From a bacterium (lineage in GTDB: Bacteria; Krumholzibacteriota; Krumholzibacteriia; LZORAL124-64-63): a stretch of DNA of 64,000 nucleotides. Positions 8,728 to 17,318 of this stretch are shown here, in pieces. Below the pieces are notes generated by a model, which saw nothing but the letters and a program-made list of their open reading frames with translations, was not told where the DNA came from and made no database searches. The translations under genes and the position numbers were made by a program. The stretch lies in contig JAIFKS010000010.1 of NCBI GenBank assembly GCA_020049465.1, forward strand, positions 8,498 through 72,497, in the 5' to 3' direction. The first letter of the stretch is position 1, and each line of letters begins with the position of its first letter.

Positions 8728-10812
8728 TCAGCGGACGAGCTGCATCTTGTGCTGCCGGAGCGCACCCCCCGCGGACAACCGGGCCAGGTACGTGCCGCTC
8801 GACGCGGACCGGCCGCGATCGTCGCGGCCGTCCCAGACCACGACATGATCGCCCGCCTGGAGGTCCGCGTCCAGCAGGCTCCGCACCAGTCCGCCGCGCG
8901 CATCGAAAATGTCCAGCCGCGCCGGTCCCGCCGCCGCCAGACCGAATCGCAGCTCGGTGCGCGGATTGAACGGGTTGGGCGTGTTCGGCTCCAGCCAGGC
9001 GACACCCCGGGCCGGGATGTCCCCGGCCGGCGACGCCCCCGGCGCCACGGTGAACCCGTATGGCGCCGCGGCTCCGCCCTGCGGCCATGTCGTCTGGTGG
9101 CCGTCGCCGTCGAGCGCGGTCAGGTAGTATTCCACCGTCACGCCGCCGGCGACCGGCGGCAGCGCGCCGCTGAACAGATCGGGCGGGCCCGCGGGGCTCA
9201 TCGCCGTGGTCTGCCACGGACCGCCTGCAACGCGGTGCACGAGCTGCGGCGCGCCGTCCAGGCCCAGCCGCGCTGCGACGGTCGCCGTGACCGGGTACGG
9301 ACCGGCCGCCGTCTGCGGGTCGGCGAGAGCCGTGTGCGTGAAGACCGGTCCGAACCAGGTCGCCGCGCCATAGGCGTTGACGATGCCCCAACCGGTGTCG
9401 TTGTCCGGCGCCGAGGCGTGGCTGGCCGTCAGACGCAGCGCCTCGGCCACCTCGACCGGCGTCAGGTCGGGAACGCGTTCGAGCACGAGCGCCGCCACGG
9501 CGCTCACCAGCGGGCAGCTGAACGAGGTGCCCGACAGGTTCAGATAACCCGTGTCGAGGTTCGGGTCGGCCACGCGATTGCCCTGGCCGAGCGCCGCCAC
9601 ATCGGGCTTGATGCGCCCGTCGGAAGTGGGGCCGGGCGACGAGAACCAGGTGACCACGCCCGCGGCATCGACCGCGCCCACGCTGATCACGCTGTCGGCG
9701 TCGGCCGGGGCGATCAGGTGACCGCTCGCCGCACGGTCGTTGCCTGCCGAATTGACGACCACCAGGCCGCGTCCGGCGCCGAGATCGGCCGCCACCGTGG
9801 TCACGCAGGTGTTGCCGTCGAGGTCCTCGAACACGTACCAGTCGATGTATCCGAGCGACGAGGAGATGATGTCGGCGCCCTGGGCTTCGGCCCATTCGAG
9901 GCCGGCCACCCAGTGGTCCTCCTCGATCGGCACTTCCTGCGAGACGTCCTCCGTCTTGCCCAGCAGCACCGAGACGTTCCAGGCCGGCGCCACCAGCAGG
10001 CCGGGCTTCCAGGCCGCCACCGTCGACAGCGTTTCGGTGCCGTGGTTCCGGCTCGAGGAGAGGTCGGTCCCTTCGTTGTCGACCACGGGGTCGTCGTTGA
10101 CGAAATCCCAGGCGCCCAGAACCGGCACATGCGCCAGCGACTCGTGCGTCGTGCGGAAGCCGGTGTCGAGCATGCCCACGACCACGCCCGCGCCCGACAG
10201 TCCGAGCAGTTCGTGCGCCGCCGGCACGCCCGCCTGCGCCATGGCCGCGGCGTTGTCGCCGTAATCGATCACCGTCTGCGTCTTCAGGGCGGGGACGGGC
10301 AGGTCCGCCGGCGTCGGCACGGGCGTCGGCACGTCCGCGCGCGCGAAGCGGGCGACCAGATCGATGCCCGCCACTTCCGGCAAGGCGGCCAGGCGGCGGA
10401 TCTCCTCGTCATCGGCCAGGAAGCTGGCGGCGTTCAGCCAGCGGCTCTGGCGATGGAGATCGGCTCCCGTCGCCCGGCAGCGCGCCAGGTAACGGCTGGA
10501 TAGCGGCAGGTCCCCGGCATCGACCACCGGGCCTTCGCGCCCGGCCCGGGCGCGGCGGGCCAGCGCGCGCGGATGGATCATTCCCTCGGCCCGCGCCAGC
10601 GCCGCCGGCAGACCGGCTGCCGGGACGTCCTTATCGCGGAACCGGACCCAGATCTTGAGGCGGCCGTCGGCCGTGCGGGCCGGATGGTCGGGTTCGCCCA
10701 TCGTCAGAACCAGCCGCCGGGACAACGCCGCCCGTTCCGGACCGGGGTGCGCCACCGCCGCCACCAGCACCACAAGCAAAGAGAGGATCAGCAAACGCCA
10801 GGATCGCAACAC
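8728..10812 (-). CDS. Secreted S8 subtilisin-family serine peptidase with C-terminal T9SS-type/FlgD-Ig-like sorting domain
   Basis: Catalytic D/H/S in subtilase order (VVVGMLDTGF ... HGTETLSTV ... GTSFSCPLVSAVAAL). C-terminus NPFNPRTELRFGL...LDIFDARGGLVRSLLD...DHVVVWDGRDDRGRSASSGTYLARL...KMQLVR. Signal peptide VLRSWRLLILSLLVVLVAAVA from GTG 10812, with GAAGGTGG SD-like 7 nt upstream. The track N-terminus (to 11847) is antisense junk overlapping the next gene. Confidence 0.8.
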   Translation of the reverse strand: MLRSWRLLILSLLVVLVAAVAHPGPERAALSRRLVLTMGEPDHPARTADGRLKIWVRFRDKDVPAAGLPAALARAEGMIHPRALARRARAGREGPVVDAGDLPLSSRYLARCRATGADLHRQSRWLNAASFLADDEEIRRLAALPEVAGIDLVARFARADVPTPVPTPADLPVPALKTQTVIDYGDNAAAMAQAGVPAAHELLGLSGAGVVVGMLDTGFRTTHESLAHVPVLGAWDFVNDDPVVDNEGTDLSSSRNHGTETLSTVAAWKPGLLVAPAWNVSVLLGKTEDVSQEVPIEEDHWVAGLEWAEAQGADIISSSLGYIDWYVFEDLDGNTCVTTVAADLGAGRGLVVVNSAGNDRAASGHLIAPADADSVISVGAVDAAGVVTWFSSPGPTSDGRIKPDVAALGQGNRVADPNLDTGYLNLSGTSFSCPLVSAVAALVLERVPDLTPVEVAEALRLTASHASAPDNDTGWGIVNAYGAATWFGPVFTHTALADPQTAAGPYPVTATVAARLGLDGAPQLVHRVAGGPWQTTAMSPAGPPDLFSGALPPVAGGVTVEYYLTALDGDGHQTTWPQGGAAAPYGFTVAPGASPAGDIPARGVAWLEPNTPNPFNPRTELRFGLAAAGPARLDIFDARGGLVRSLLDADLQAGDHVVVWDGRDDRGRSASSGTYLARLSAGGALRQHKMQLVR

Positions 10813-10929
10813 GGCGACGCCACCTTCGGTTCGGGATCTGCCGGGGGGCTGAACTGTCTGATGATACACCAAATCGGCCGCAGTGCGCACGCCGACGCCC
10901 GCAAAGACGCCGGCGATCCGTTCCCGCAC

Positions 10930-11100
10930 GGAATGGATCTCTTGTTGACGTTCTGGCACATTCCGCCCACAGCCCGGAGCGATGTATCTATTATTTTGTT
11001 TTATCGAACCAGACAAGTCTCTAATATGTCGCCTATTTGTCCAGTATCTGTTATTGTTTTCACGAATTCGCTTGCAGTATTTCCCACGATTTAGATAGGA
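10930..11100. promoter_or_regulatory. AT-rich (~40% GC) divergent intergenic/promoter region between the S8 peptidase and multicopper oxidase genes
   Basis: tctattattttgttttatcgaacc...ctatttgtccagtatctgttattgttttcacgaattcg stands out against ~70% GC flanks. Contains TTGACG (10945) and a partial sigma54-like TGGCAC-N5-GCC (10954). Confidence 0.3.
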
Positions 11101-11220
11101 TTGATCCCGGTTGCGGTGGCGGCGGCTGCGGCGGACCACCCGCGGCAGCGTCAGCGAGGGCCACCCCGGCACGATCACCCGGCCGACATCCGGCCGATTC
11201 CCTACGAATGTGGAGTTCCC

Positions 11221-13308
11221 ATGCGAGTACGCCGAAACGCGCGCCTGGCGCCGACCTTCGTCATCGCCCTGGCGCTGATGGCCTTGTCCGCAGCGGGCGC
11301 TTCTGCCCAGATGCTGCTCGACCCCGTCACACAGCCGAAGTTCGTCAACCCGCTGCCGATCCCGCCGGCCATCGATGTCACCGGCGGCGGCAGCTACGTC
11401 TTCGATGTCAAGCCGTGCGTCCAGAACCTCGGACTGATCGACCCGGTCAGCGGCGAATCCTTGCTGACGAACCTGTGGGGCTATGACGGCCGCTACCCCG
11501 GTCCGACGTTCGTCGCCCGCAAGGATGTGCCCGTCGAACTCGAGTGGCGCAACCGCCTGGTGGACGCCAATGGAGTGCCCCTGCCGCACCTGTTGCCGGT
11601 CGACACCTCGTTCCATTGGGCCGACCCCGAAGGCTGGCCCGCGTGCGGCGTTCCCCTGGTCACCCACATCCACGGCGGCCATACCGAATCGGCCAGCGAC
11701 GGATTGCCCGACGCCTGGTACACGCCCGATTACGGCCAGGTCGGACACGGCTTCGTCAAACCGAAATACTATTACGACAACAGCCAGGAAGCCGGCACCG
11801 TCTGGTACCACGACCATGCGCTGGGAGTCACGCGTCTGAACGTGCATGCCGGCCTGGCCGGTTTCTATCTGATCCGGGACGAGAACGAGGATGCGCTGGT
11901 CGCAACCAACAACCTGCCGACGGGCCCCTACGAACTGGGCCTGGCCATCCAGGATCGCGACTTCACCACGGACGGCCAGCTCTACCGGCCTTCGGCGCCG
12001 CCACTGCCGGGAGGCCCCGAGCCCAGCATCCTGCCCGAGTACTTCGGCGCCTTCATTCTGGTCAACGGAATGGCCTGGCCTGTGCTGGACGTCGAACCCC
12101 GCCAGTACCGGCTTCGCTTCCTCAACGGCTCGGACTCGCGATTCTACGACATGTGGATGACCGATCCACTGCTGGCGAACGGCGTCGTGCCGGCGATGAC
12201 GCAGATCGGGACCGACCTGGGCCTGATGAACGCCCCCGTGCCGCTGTCAAAGCTGCTGCTCGGCTGCGGCGAGCGCGCCGACGTCATCGTGGACTTTTCG
12301 GATCCGGCGCTGGCCGGCCGCACGTTCGTCCTGCGCAACAGCGGAAAGACCCCGTTCCCGATGGGCGCCAACGTGGACCCGCGCACGACGGGTCAGGTCA
12401 TGGCCTTCCGGGTCAGCCGGCCGTTGAACCCCGACTATCCGCTGACGACGCTGCCGGCTGACCTGCGCCCGGTGCATGGCCCGATCCAGCCGCTGATGCC
12501 CACGCCGGGCCTGCCCGAGCGCCAGCTCATCCTCGCGGAGATGATGGACGAGTACGGACGCATGCTGCCCATGCTCGGCACCGCTGCCGAAGGCGCCATG
12601 ATGTTCATGGACCACATCACCGAGAACCCGATGCTGGACGACACGGAGATCTGGACCATCTACAACACGACCCCGGACGCGCACCCGATCCATCTGCACC
12701 TGGTCGGATTCCAGATCCTCGACCGTCAGAAATACAAGGCCACGATCGACCCGCTGACGGCCGCCGTCTCCAACGTCAAGCTGTCCGGCCGGCCGAGACC
12801 GCTCCTGCTCAACGAGCGGGGCTGGAAGGACACGGCCATCATGTATCCGGGAGAGGTGACGCGGGTCATCGCCAAGTTCGACCGCGAGGGCCTGTATGTA
12901 TGGCACTGCCATATCCTCTCGCACGAGGAGTACGACATGATGCGGCCCTTCTACGTCGGCGAAATGTCGGACCACCACGGCATGCCGATGGCGACCGGGC
13001 CGGCCGGCACGGACAAGTCGCTGCGCGCGGCCGTGGCCGAACTGGACGGAAACCAGCCGAACCCGTTCAACCCGTCGACGCGGATCGGCTTCCGCCTGCC
13101 GACCGACGGACCCGTGTCCCTGCGCGTGTACGACGTGCGCGGCGCGCTGGTCCGCACGCTGGTCGACGGCCCGCTGGCAGCCGGCACCCACGCTGTTGTG
13201 TGGGACGGCGCCGACGATCAGGGTGCCTCCGTCGCCAGCGGCATCTATCTGTACGAACTGAAGGCGGACGGTCAGGTGGCCCGTGACAAGATGACGTTGA
13301 CGAAATAG
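11221..13308 (+). CDS. Secreted multicopper oxidase (CotA/bilirubin-oxidase-like, 3-domain) with C-terminal T9SS-type/FlgD-Ig-like domain
   Basis: Four Cu-site motifs: HIHGGH, WYHDHA, HPIHLHL, HCHILSHEEYDMM. Signal peptide MRVRRNARLAPTFVIALALMALSAAGASAQ from ATG 11221. C-terminus NPFNPSTRIGFRL...VSLRVYDVRGALVRTLVDG...HAVVWDGADDQGASVASGIYLYEL...KMTLTK. Confidence 0.85.
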   Translation: MRVRRNARLAPTFVIALALMALSAAGASAQMLLDPVTQPKFVNPLPIPPAIDVTGGGSYVFDVKPCVQNLGLIDPVSGESLLTNLWGYDGRYPGPTFVARKDVPVELEWRNRLVDANGVPLPHLLPVDTSFHWADPEGWPACGVPLVTHIHGGHTESASDGLPDAWYTPDYGQVGHGFVKPKYYYDNSQEAGTVWYHDHALGVTRLNVHAGLAGFYLIRDENEDALVATNNLPTGPYELGLAIQDRDFTTDGQLYRPSAPPLPGGPEPSILPEYFGAFILVNGMAWPVLDVEPRQYRLRFLNGSDSRFYDMWMTDPLLANGVVPAMTQIGTDLGLMNAPVPLSKLLLGCGERADVIVDFSDPALAGRTFVLRNSGKTPFPMGANVDPRTTGQVMAFRVSRPLNPDYPLTTLPADLRPVHGPIQPLMPTPGLPERQLILAEMMDEYGRMLPMLGTAAEGAMMFMDHITENPMLDDTEIWTIYNTTPDAHPIHLHLVGFQILDRQKYKATIDPLTAAVSNVKLSGRPRPLLLNERGWKDTAIMYPGEVTRVIAKFDREGLYVWHCHILSHEEYDMMRPFYVGEMSDHHGMPMATGPAGTDKSLRAAVAELDGNQPNPFNPSTRIGFRLPTDGPVSLRVYDVRGALVRTLVDGPLAAGTHAVVWDGADDQGASVASGIYLYELKADGQVARDKMTLTK

Positions 13309-13335
13309 GCGTCGCCGCTGATGTCCGATCGAAGC

Positions 13336-13376
13336 GCGGCCGCCGGCCCCACGGGTCCGGCGGCCGCTCATTTCTT
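13336..13376 (+). terminator. Rho-independent terminator candidate after the multicopper oxidase gene
   Basis: Perfect 11-bp GC stem GCGGCCGCCGG / CCGGCGGCCGC with a 10-nt loop, followed by TCATTTCTT. Confidence 0.5.
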
Positions 13377-13396
13377 CCGGCGTTCGGTGAGTTGGA

Positions 13397-16024
13397 CTAG
13401 CCGCGTCGACGATCCAGGGCCGCCATCTCCTGACGGAGCATGGGAACGGTACGCGCGGAATCGGCAAGAGCCCCGGCTCCGTCGATCGCGCGCGCATAAT
13501 GGTCTTCCGCTTCGGACCAACGCCGCTCCATGGCCGCCAGCCGCGCCATTTCGATGACGATCTCGATCGTCTCGCGGCTGCGGGGGCCGTAGGTCGCGGT
13601 GCTGCGGTCCAGCATCGCCTCGTAGATCGGGCGGGCGCGGGCCGGTTGGCCGGCGTCACGGTAGATGGTCGCCAGACCCACCTGGCTGAAGAGGATCGAG
13701 GGATGGCTGTCGTCCAGCTTGCGCGCGAAGATATCGCGTGCGCGCTCCGCGGCAACGATCGCTTCCGGCATCCGGCCGAGACTGGCCAGGTCGCGTGCGA
13801 CGTTGTCGAGCAGCATCGCATAGGTCGCGTTGTCGTTGCCGAGCGCCTTCTCCCAGATCGCGGTAGCGCGCTCGTGCATCGCCAGGGCAACTTCGAATCT
13901 GCCGTCCAGGCGATGGAGATTGCCCAGCGAATCCAGGGTCTCGGCCACGTCTGTGTGCTCCGGGCCGAGAGCGCGCTCCTGCACGGCCAGCGCCTCCTCG
14001 CCCAGCTCGCGCGCACGCGGGATGTTCTCGCCCGTGGCATAGAACCGGCCCAGCGTCGACAGGCTCCACGCCAGATCGAGATTGTCCGGCGCCAGGGTCC
14101 GCCTCTGGATCTCCACGACACGCTCGAACGCGGCGCAGGCCGAGTCCGACTCGCCCAGTCGCCAGTGCACGAGCGCCTGGCCGGACAAGTGCGAGGCATA
14201 GCGGGGCGAATCGACGCCGTCGGCCGCCGCCGTGATGGCCATCGCGCGCCGATAGAGCGCTCCCGCCTCGGACGGCCGGCTCTGGTCGAATTCGAGATTG
14301 GCCAGCCCCGTCAGGCTGACGGCCAGGTCGTCGGCGTTGCCCAGGCGCTCGCGGATGGCCAGCGCTTCCTGGTAATGGTGCCGTGCCGCCTCGAACTCGG
14401 AGAGCCGTCGCAGCAGGCCGGCCAGCGTGTAGTGGCTGCGCGCCACGCGCGCGTCGTTCGGCCCGAGGGTTTCACGTTCGAGCGCCACGGCCTCTTCCAG
14501 CAGCGGCCGCGACTCACGGTAGAGGCCCAGCTGGCGGTACGCGGTGCCCATCGCCCCCAGCAGCCGTCCCCGCACCCGCGGCTGTCCGGCCAGCGACGTG
14601 TCGATTTCGGCCACCGCGTTCTGCAGCAGCTCGCGCGCCGTGACCTCGGAGCCGCGGCCGCTGCCGGGATCCGCGATCCGGAAGACCCCCTCCAGGAACT
14701 TCGCCGTCTCCGCCGCGGCCGCCGCTTCTGCCAGGGCGTCCGCTTCGGCGCGTCGCGCCCGCAACAGGCCGAAGGTCGTGCCGCCCACCGCGCCGAGCAG
14801 CGCCAGGACCAGCGCCGACGCGAAGACGATCACCGTCCGGTGGCGCGATACGATCTTCCGCAGCTGGTACGCCGTGCTGGGCGCACGGCCGCTGATCGGC
14901 AGGTTCTCCCGGCAGCGGCGGATATCGTCCGCCATCGCCGCGACGCTCTGGTACCGCAGATCCGGTTCCTTGGCGAGCGCCTTGAGCACGATGGTCTCGA
15001 GATCCCCGCGCAGCAGCCGGCTGCCGGCGGCCGGACGAGCCGGGGTCTGCTCGCGGATCAGCCGCACCGCCTCGGTCAGTGTCGTGCCGCGCACGTTCAC
15101 CGGATGCCGTCCGGTCAGCAGTTCGTAGAGCAGGACGCCCAGCGAATAGACATCGCTGCGCACATCCAGATCGCGCGGATCGCCGCCGGCCTGTTCGGGA
15201 CTCATGTAGGCCAGGGTGCCGGCCAGCGCGCTCGCGTCCGGCAGCAGCGTCGTCAGCGCCGCGTCGCCGCCGACCAGCCGCGCGATGCCGAAGTCCAGCA
15301 CCTTGACCGGGGCCGGGCCCCCGTCGTCGGGCGCCGGCAGCACCATGATGTTGGTCGGCTTGAGGTCGAGATGGACCACGCCGCGCTGGTGGGCGTGCGA
15401 AATGGCGTCGCACACCGCCAGGCAGAGCGCCACGCGCGTGTCGATCTCGGATTTCGTCTCGGGGGCCGATCGCTCGCGCAGCCACTGGTCGAGCGGAACG
15501 CCGTCGACACGCTCCATCGCGAACCAGTGCAGCCCGTCATCGGTACGCCCGGCGTCCAGGATGGCGGCGATGCCCGGATGGTTCAACCGACCGAGGCTCT
15601 CCGCCTCGCGATGGAAGCGGCGCAACTGCGCGGCGTCGGCGAAAACGCCCGCACGCAGCACTTTCAGCGCCACGCGGCGCGACGGGTGCGCCTGCAGGGC
15701 CTCGAAGACCACACCCATCCCGCCTTCACCCAGGCGGCCGAGCACGCGGTACGGCCCGATCCGGCGGTCACCGAAGTCGGCGATGACATCGGTCGGCGGG
15801 GTCTCCGCCGCCAGCAGAGCCCCGACGCCGGTGCCGAGGGGCCGGTCCAGCCGGTCCAGCGTCGCGGTATCGCGTTCGAGCAGGTCGGCGACCTCGGCAC
15901 GCAGGTCCCGGTCGTCGCCGGTCAATGCGTCCAGTCGGCCTGCGCGCTCGGACGGCGGCAGGGCCAGCAGCTCGTCCAGGAGGGCGTCCAGGCGACGCCA
16001 GCGTTCCTGCGGATCGTGGTTCAT
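13397..16024 (-). CDS. Ser/Thr protein kinase (Hanks-type, non-RD) with TM segment and C-terminal TPR repeat array
   Basis: Gly-loop LGEGGMGVVFEA, VALKVL, catalytic loop HLDLKPTNIMV (HRD replaced by HLD), DFG (VKVLDFGIARL), APE-like YMSPEQ, then many TPR-like repeats. Confidence 0.85.
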   Translation of the reverse strand: MNHDPQERWRRLDALLDELLALPPSERAGRLDALTGDDRDLRAEVADLLERDTATLDRLDRPLGTGVGALLAAETPPTDVIADFGDRRIGPYRVLGRLGEGGMGVVFEALQAHPSRRVALKVLRAGVFADAAQLRRFHREAESLGRLNHPGIAAILDAGRTDDGLHWFAMERVDGVPLDQWLRERSAPETKSEIDTRVALCLAVCDAISHAHQRGVVHLDLKPTNIMVLPAPDDGGPAPVKVLDFGIARLVGGDAALTTLLPDASALAGTLAYMSPEQAGGDPRDLDVRSDVYSLGVLLYELLTGRHPVNVRGTTLTEAVRLIREQTPARPAAGSRLLRGDLETIVLKALAKEPDLRYQSVAAMADDIRRCRENLPISGRAPSTAYQLRKIVSRHRTVIVFASALVLALLGAVGGTTFGLLRARRAEADALAEAAAAAETAKFLEGVFRIADPGSGRGSEVTARELLQNAVAEIDTSLAGQPRVRGRLLGAMGTAYRQLGLYRESRPLLEEAVALERETLGPNDARVARSHYTLAGLLRRLSEFEAARHHYQEALAIRERLGNADDLAVSLTGLANLEFDQSRPSEAGALYRRAMAITAAADGVDSPRYASHLSGQALVHWRLGESDSACAAFERVVEIQRRTLAPDNLDLAWSLSTLGRFYATGENIPRARELGEEALAVQERALGPEHTDVAETLDSLGNLHRLDGRFEVALAMHERATAIWEKALGNDNATYAMLLDNVARDLASLGRMPEAIVAAERARDIFARKLDDSHPSILFSQVGLATIYRDAGQPARARPIYEAMLDRSTATYGPRSRETIEIVIEMARLAAMERRWSEAEDHYARAIDGAGALADSARTVPMLRQEMAALDRRRG

Positions 16025-16635
16025 GTCGCTCCGGATGCGTCTTCGTTCCCGACCAGTTCACGGTGCAGGAACATGCGCGCCTTGCGCCAGTTGCGCTTGA
16101 CCGTGGCTTCGCTGACGGCCAAGGCCTGCGCGGTTTCCTCGATGGTCAGACCGCCGAAATAGCGGAGTTCGACGAGCCTTGCCAACTGTTCATCCCGTGC
16201 GGACAGCTGGGCCAGCGCATCATCCAGCTCCACCAGTTCGCGGGCCTGCTCTCCCGCCGCGAGGTCGGCCTCGGTCAGGGCCACATGCGGGGCGCCGCCG
16301 CCCCGTTTCAGGCTCAGGTGCCGGCGCGCATGGTCCACCAGCACCTGCCGCATGGCCGTCGACGCCACCGCCACGAAGTGCTGGCGATCCTCCCAGGACA
16401 TGTCGCCGTGACCGGCCAGCTTCAGGTACGCTTCGTGGACGATCGCCGTCGCCCCGAGCGTGGAACCGGCGACCTGACGGCCGAAACGCGCGTGGGCCAA
16501 GGCTCGCATGTCCTCGTAGACGATTTGAAATGCCGTGTTCACCGCCACCGGGTCGCCACCGCGCGCAGCGCGTAGCGCCAGCGTCACTTCGCGGGTGGAA
16601 TCCATGTCGTCGGGAATGGTTTTTTCGTCATTCAT
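16021..16635 (-). CDS. ECF-type RNA polymerase sigma-70 factor
   Basis: 204 aa with sigma2 and sigma4 regions (LVELRYFGGLTIEETAQALAVSEATVKRNWRKARMFL). Stop overlaps the kinase start (ATGA at 16021-16024). Confidence 0.85.
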   Translation of the reverse strand: MNDEKTIPDDMDSTREVTLALRAARGGDPVAVNTAFQIVYEDMRALAHARFGRQVAGSTLGATAIVHEAYLKLAGHGDMSWEDRQHFVAVASTAMRQVLVDHARRHLSLKRGGGAPHVALTEADLAAGEQARELVELDDALAQLSARDEQLARLVELRYFGGLTIEETAQALAVSEATVKRNWRKARMFLHRELVGNEDASGAT

Positions 16636-16804
16636 CCGACCATGATATCAGGAATTCGGTCAATCACTATCGATTTAGTCTGGAAAAGTTCATCACCCGT
16701 GACCCGATCCCGTGCCGCCCTCCGTTAGTCCTTAGGAAGACAAACTGTTCCGCGTGCAAGACGGCGGACGGAATTCCCAGGCCCGCACTCGACGGAGGCC
16801 ACAC

Positions 16805-17305
16805 ATGCCACGATCCATGCTCATGCCCATGAAGGCGCGCCGCCCCGCGCTGACTCTGTCCCTGGCCCTGGCCTTGACCCTGACCCAGGTACTCATGCCC
16901 GCCGCAGGGGTGGCCGGAACCGCAGCCGAACCCGATTCCCTGGCCATGTCCGCGGACGGGCCCGCGGCCGAGGTCGGCGCCGTGCCCACGCCGTCGAACG
17001 ACCCGCTGGACCTGGAAGTCGCCGTGATCCGCGACACCTTCCGCCAGCACCTGACCGAAGCCACCGCGCGCTACGGGGCCGCCGGCGATGCGGCCGCCGC
17101 GATGGCGGCGCAGCGGGAAATCGTCGCCCTCAAGCACCGTCTTGAACGCGACCTGCTGGATCTGCAGTTGCGCCTGGCCCGTGAACGCGGCGACGCCGAA
17201 GCCATCGCCGAACTCGAGCTCGCGCGGACGGCCGTGGCCGGCCGCCTGGAAGACGAAGCCCACCAACCGGCGCCGGCGAACACGCCCGGCCGCGCCGCGC
17301 GCTGA
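16805..17305 (+). CDS. Small secreted coiled-coil protein (module A partner), homologous to 50818..51432
   Basis: Signal peptide MPRSMLMPMKARRPALTLSLALALTLTQVLMPAAG with GGAGG 8 nt upstream of ATG 16805. C-terminal heptad-like REIVALKHRLERDLLDLQLRLARERGDAEAIAELELA aligns with KEIEREKLSTQRQLMELQLAFATRDGDQARIERMQAA of the paralog. Ends 13 bp before the giant gene. Confidence 0.6.
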   Translation: MPRSMLMPMKARRPALTLSLALALTLTQVLMPAAGVAGTAAEPDSLAMSADGPAAEVGAVPTPSNDPLDLEVAVIRDTFRQHLTEATARYGAAGDAAAAMAAQREIVALKHRLERDLLDLQLRLARERGDAEAIAELELARTAVAGRLEDEAHQPAPANTPGRAAR

Positions 17306-17318
17306 AAGGGACCGTCAC

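Noticed and set aside
10945-10970. Sigma54-type promoter TGGCAC-N5-TTGC at 10954
   Set aside because: The -12 element is GCC rather than TTGC(A/T) and there is no enhancer-binding protein gene nearby. Kept only as a remark within the AT-rich region.
8728-11847. N-terminal extensions of track ORFs (8728..11847, 7182..9005, 6451..7539, 3218..6259, 57484..59655, 40642..42102, 54113..57340)
   Set aside because: The extensions are low-complexity, overlap divergent neighbours and precede clear signal peptides or conserved N-termini with good SD sites. Starts were moved to internal ATG or GTG codons.
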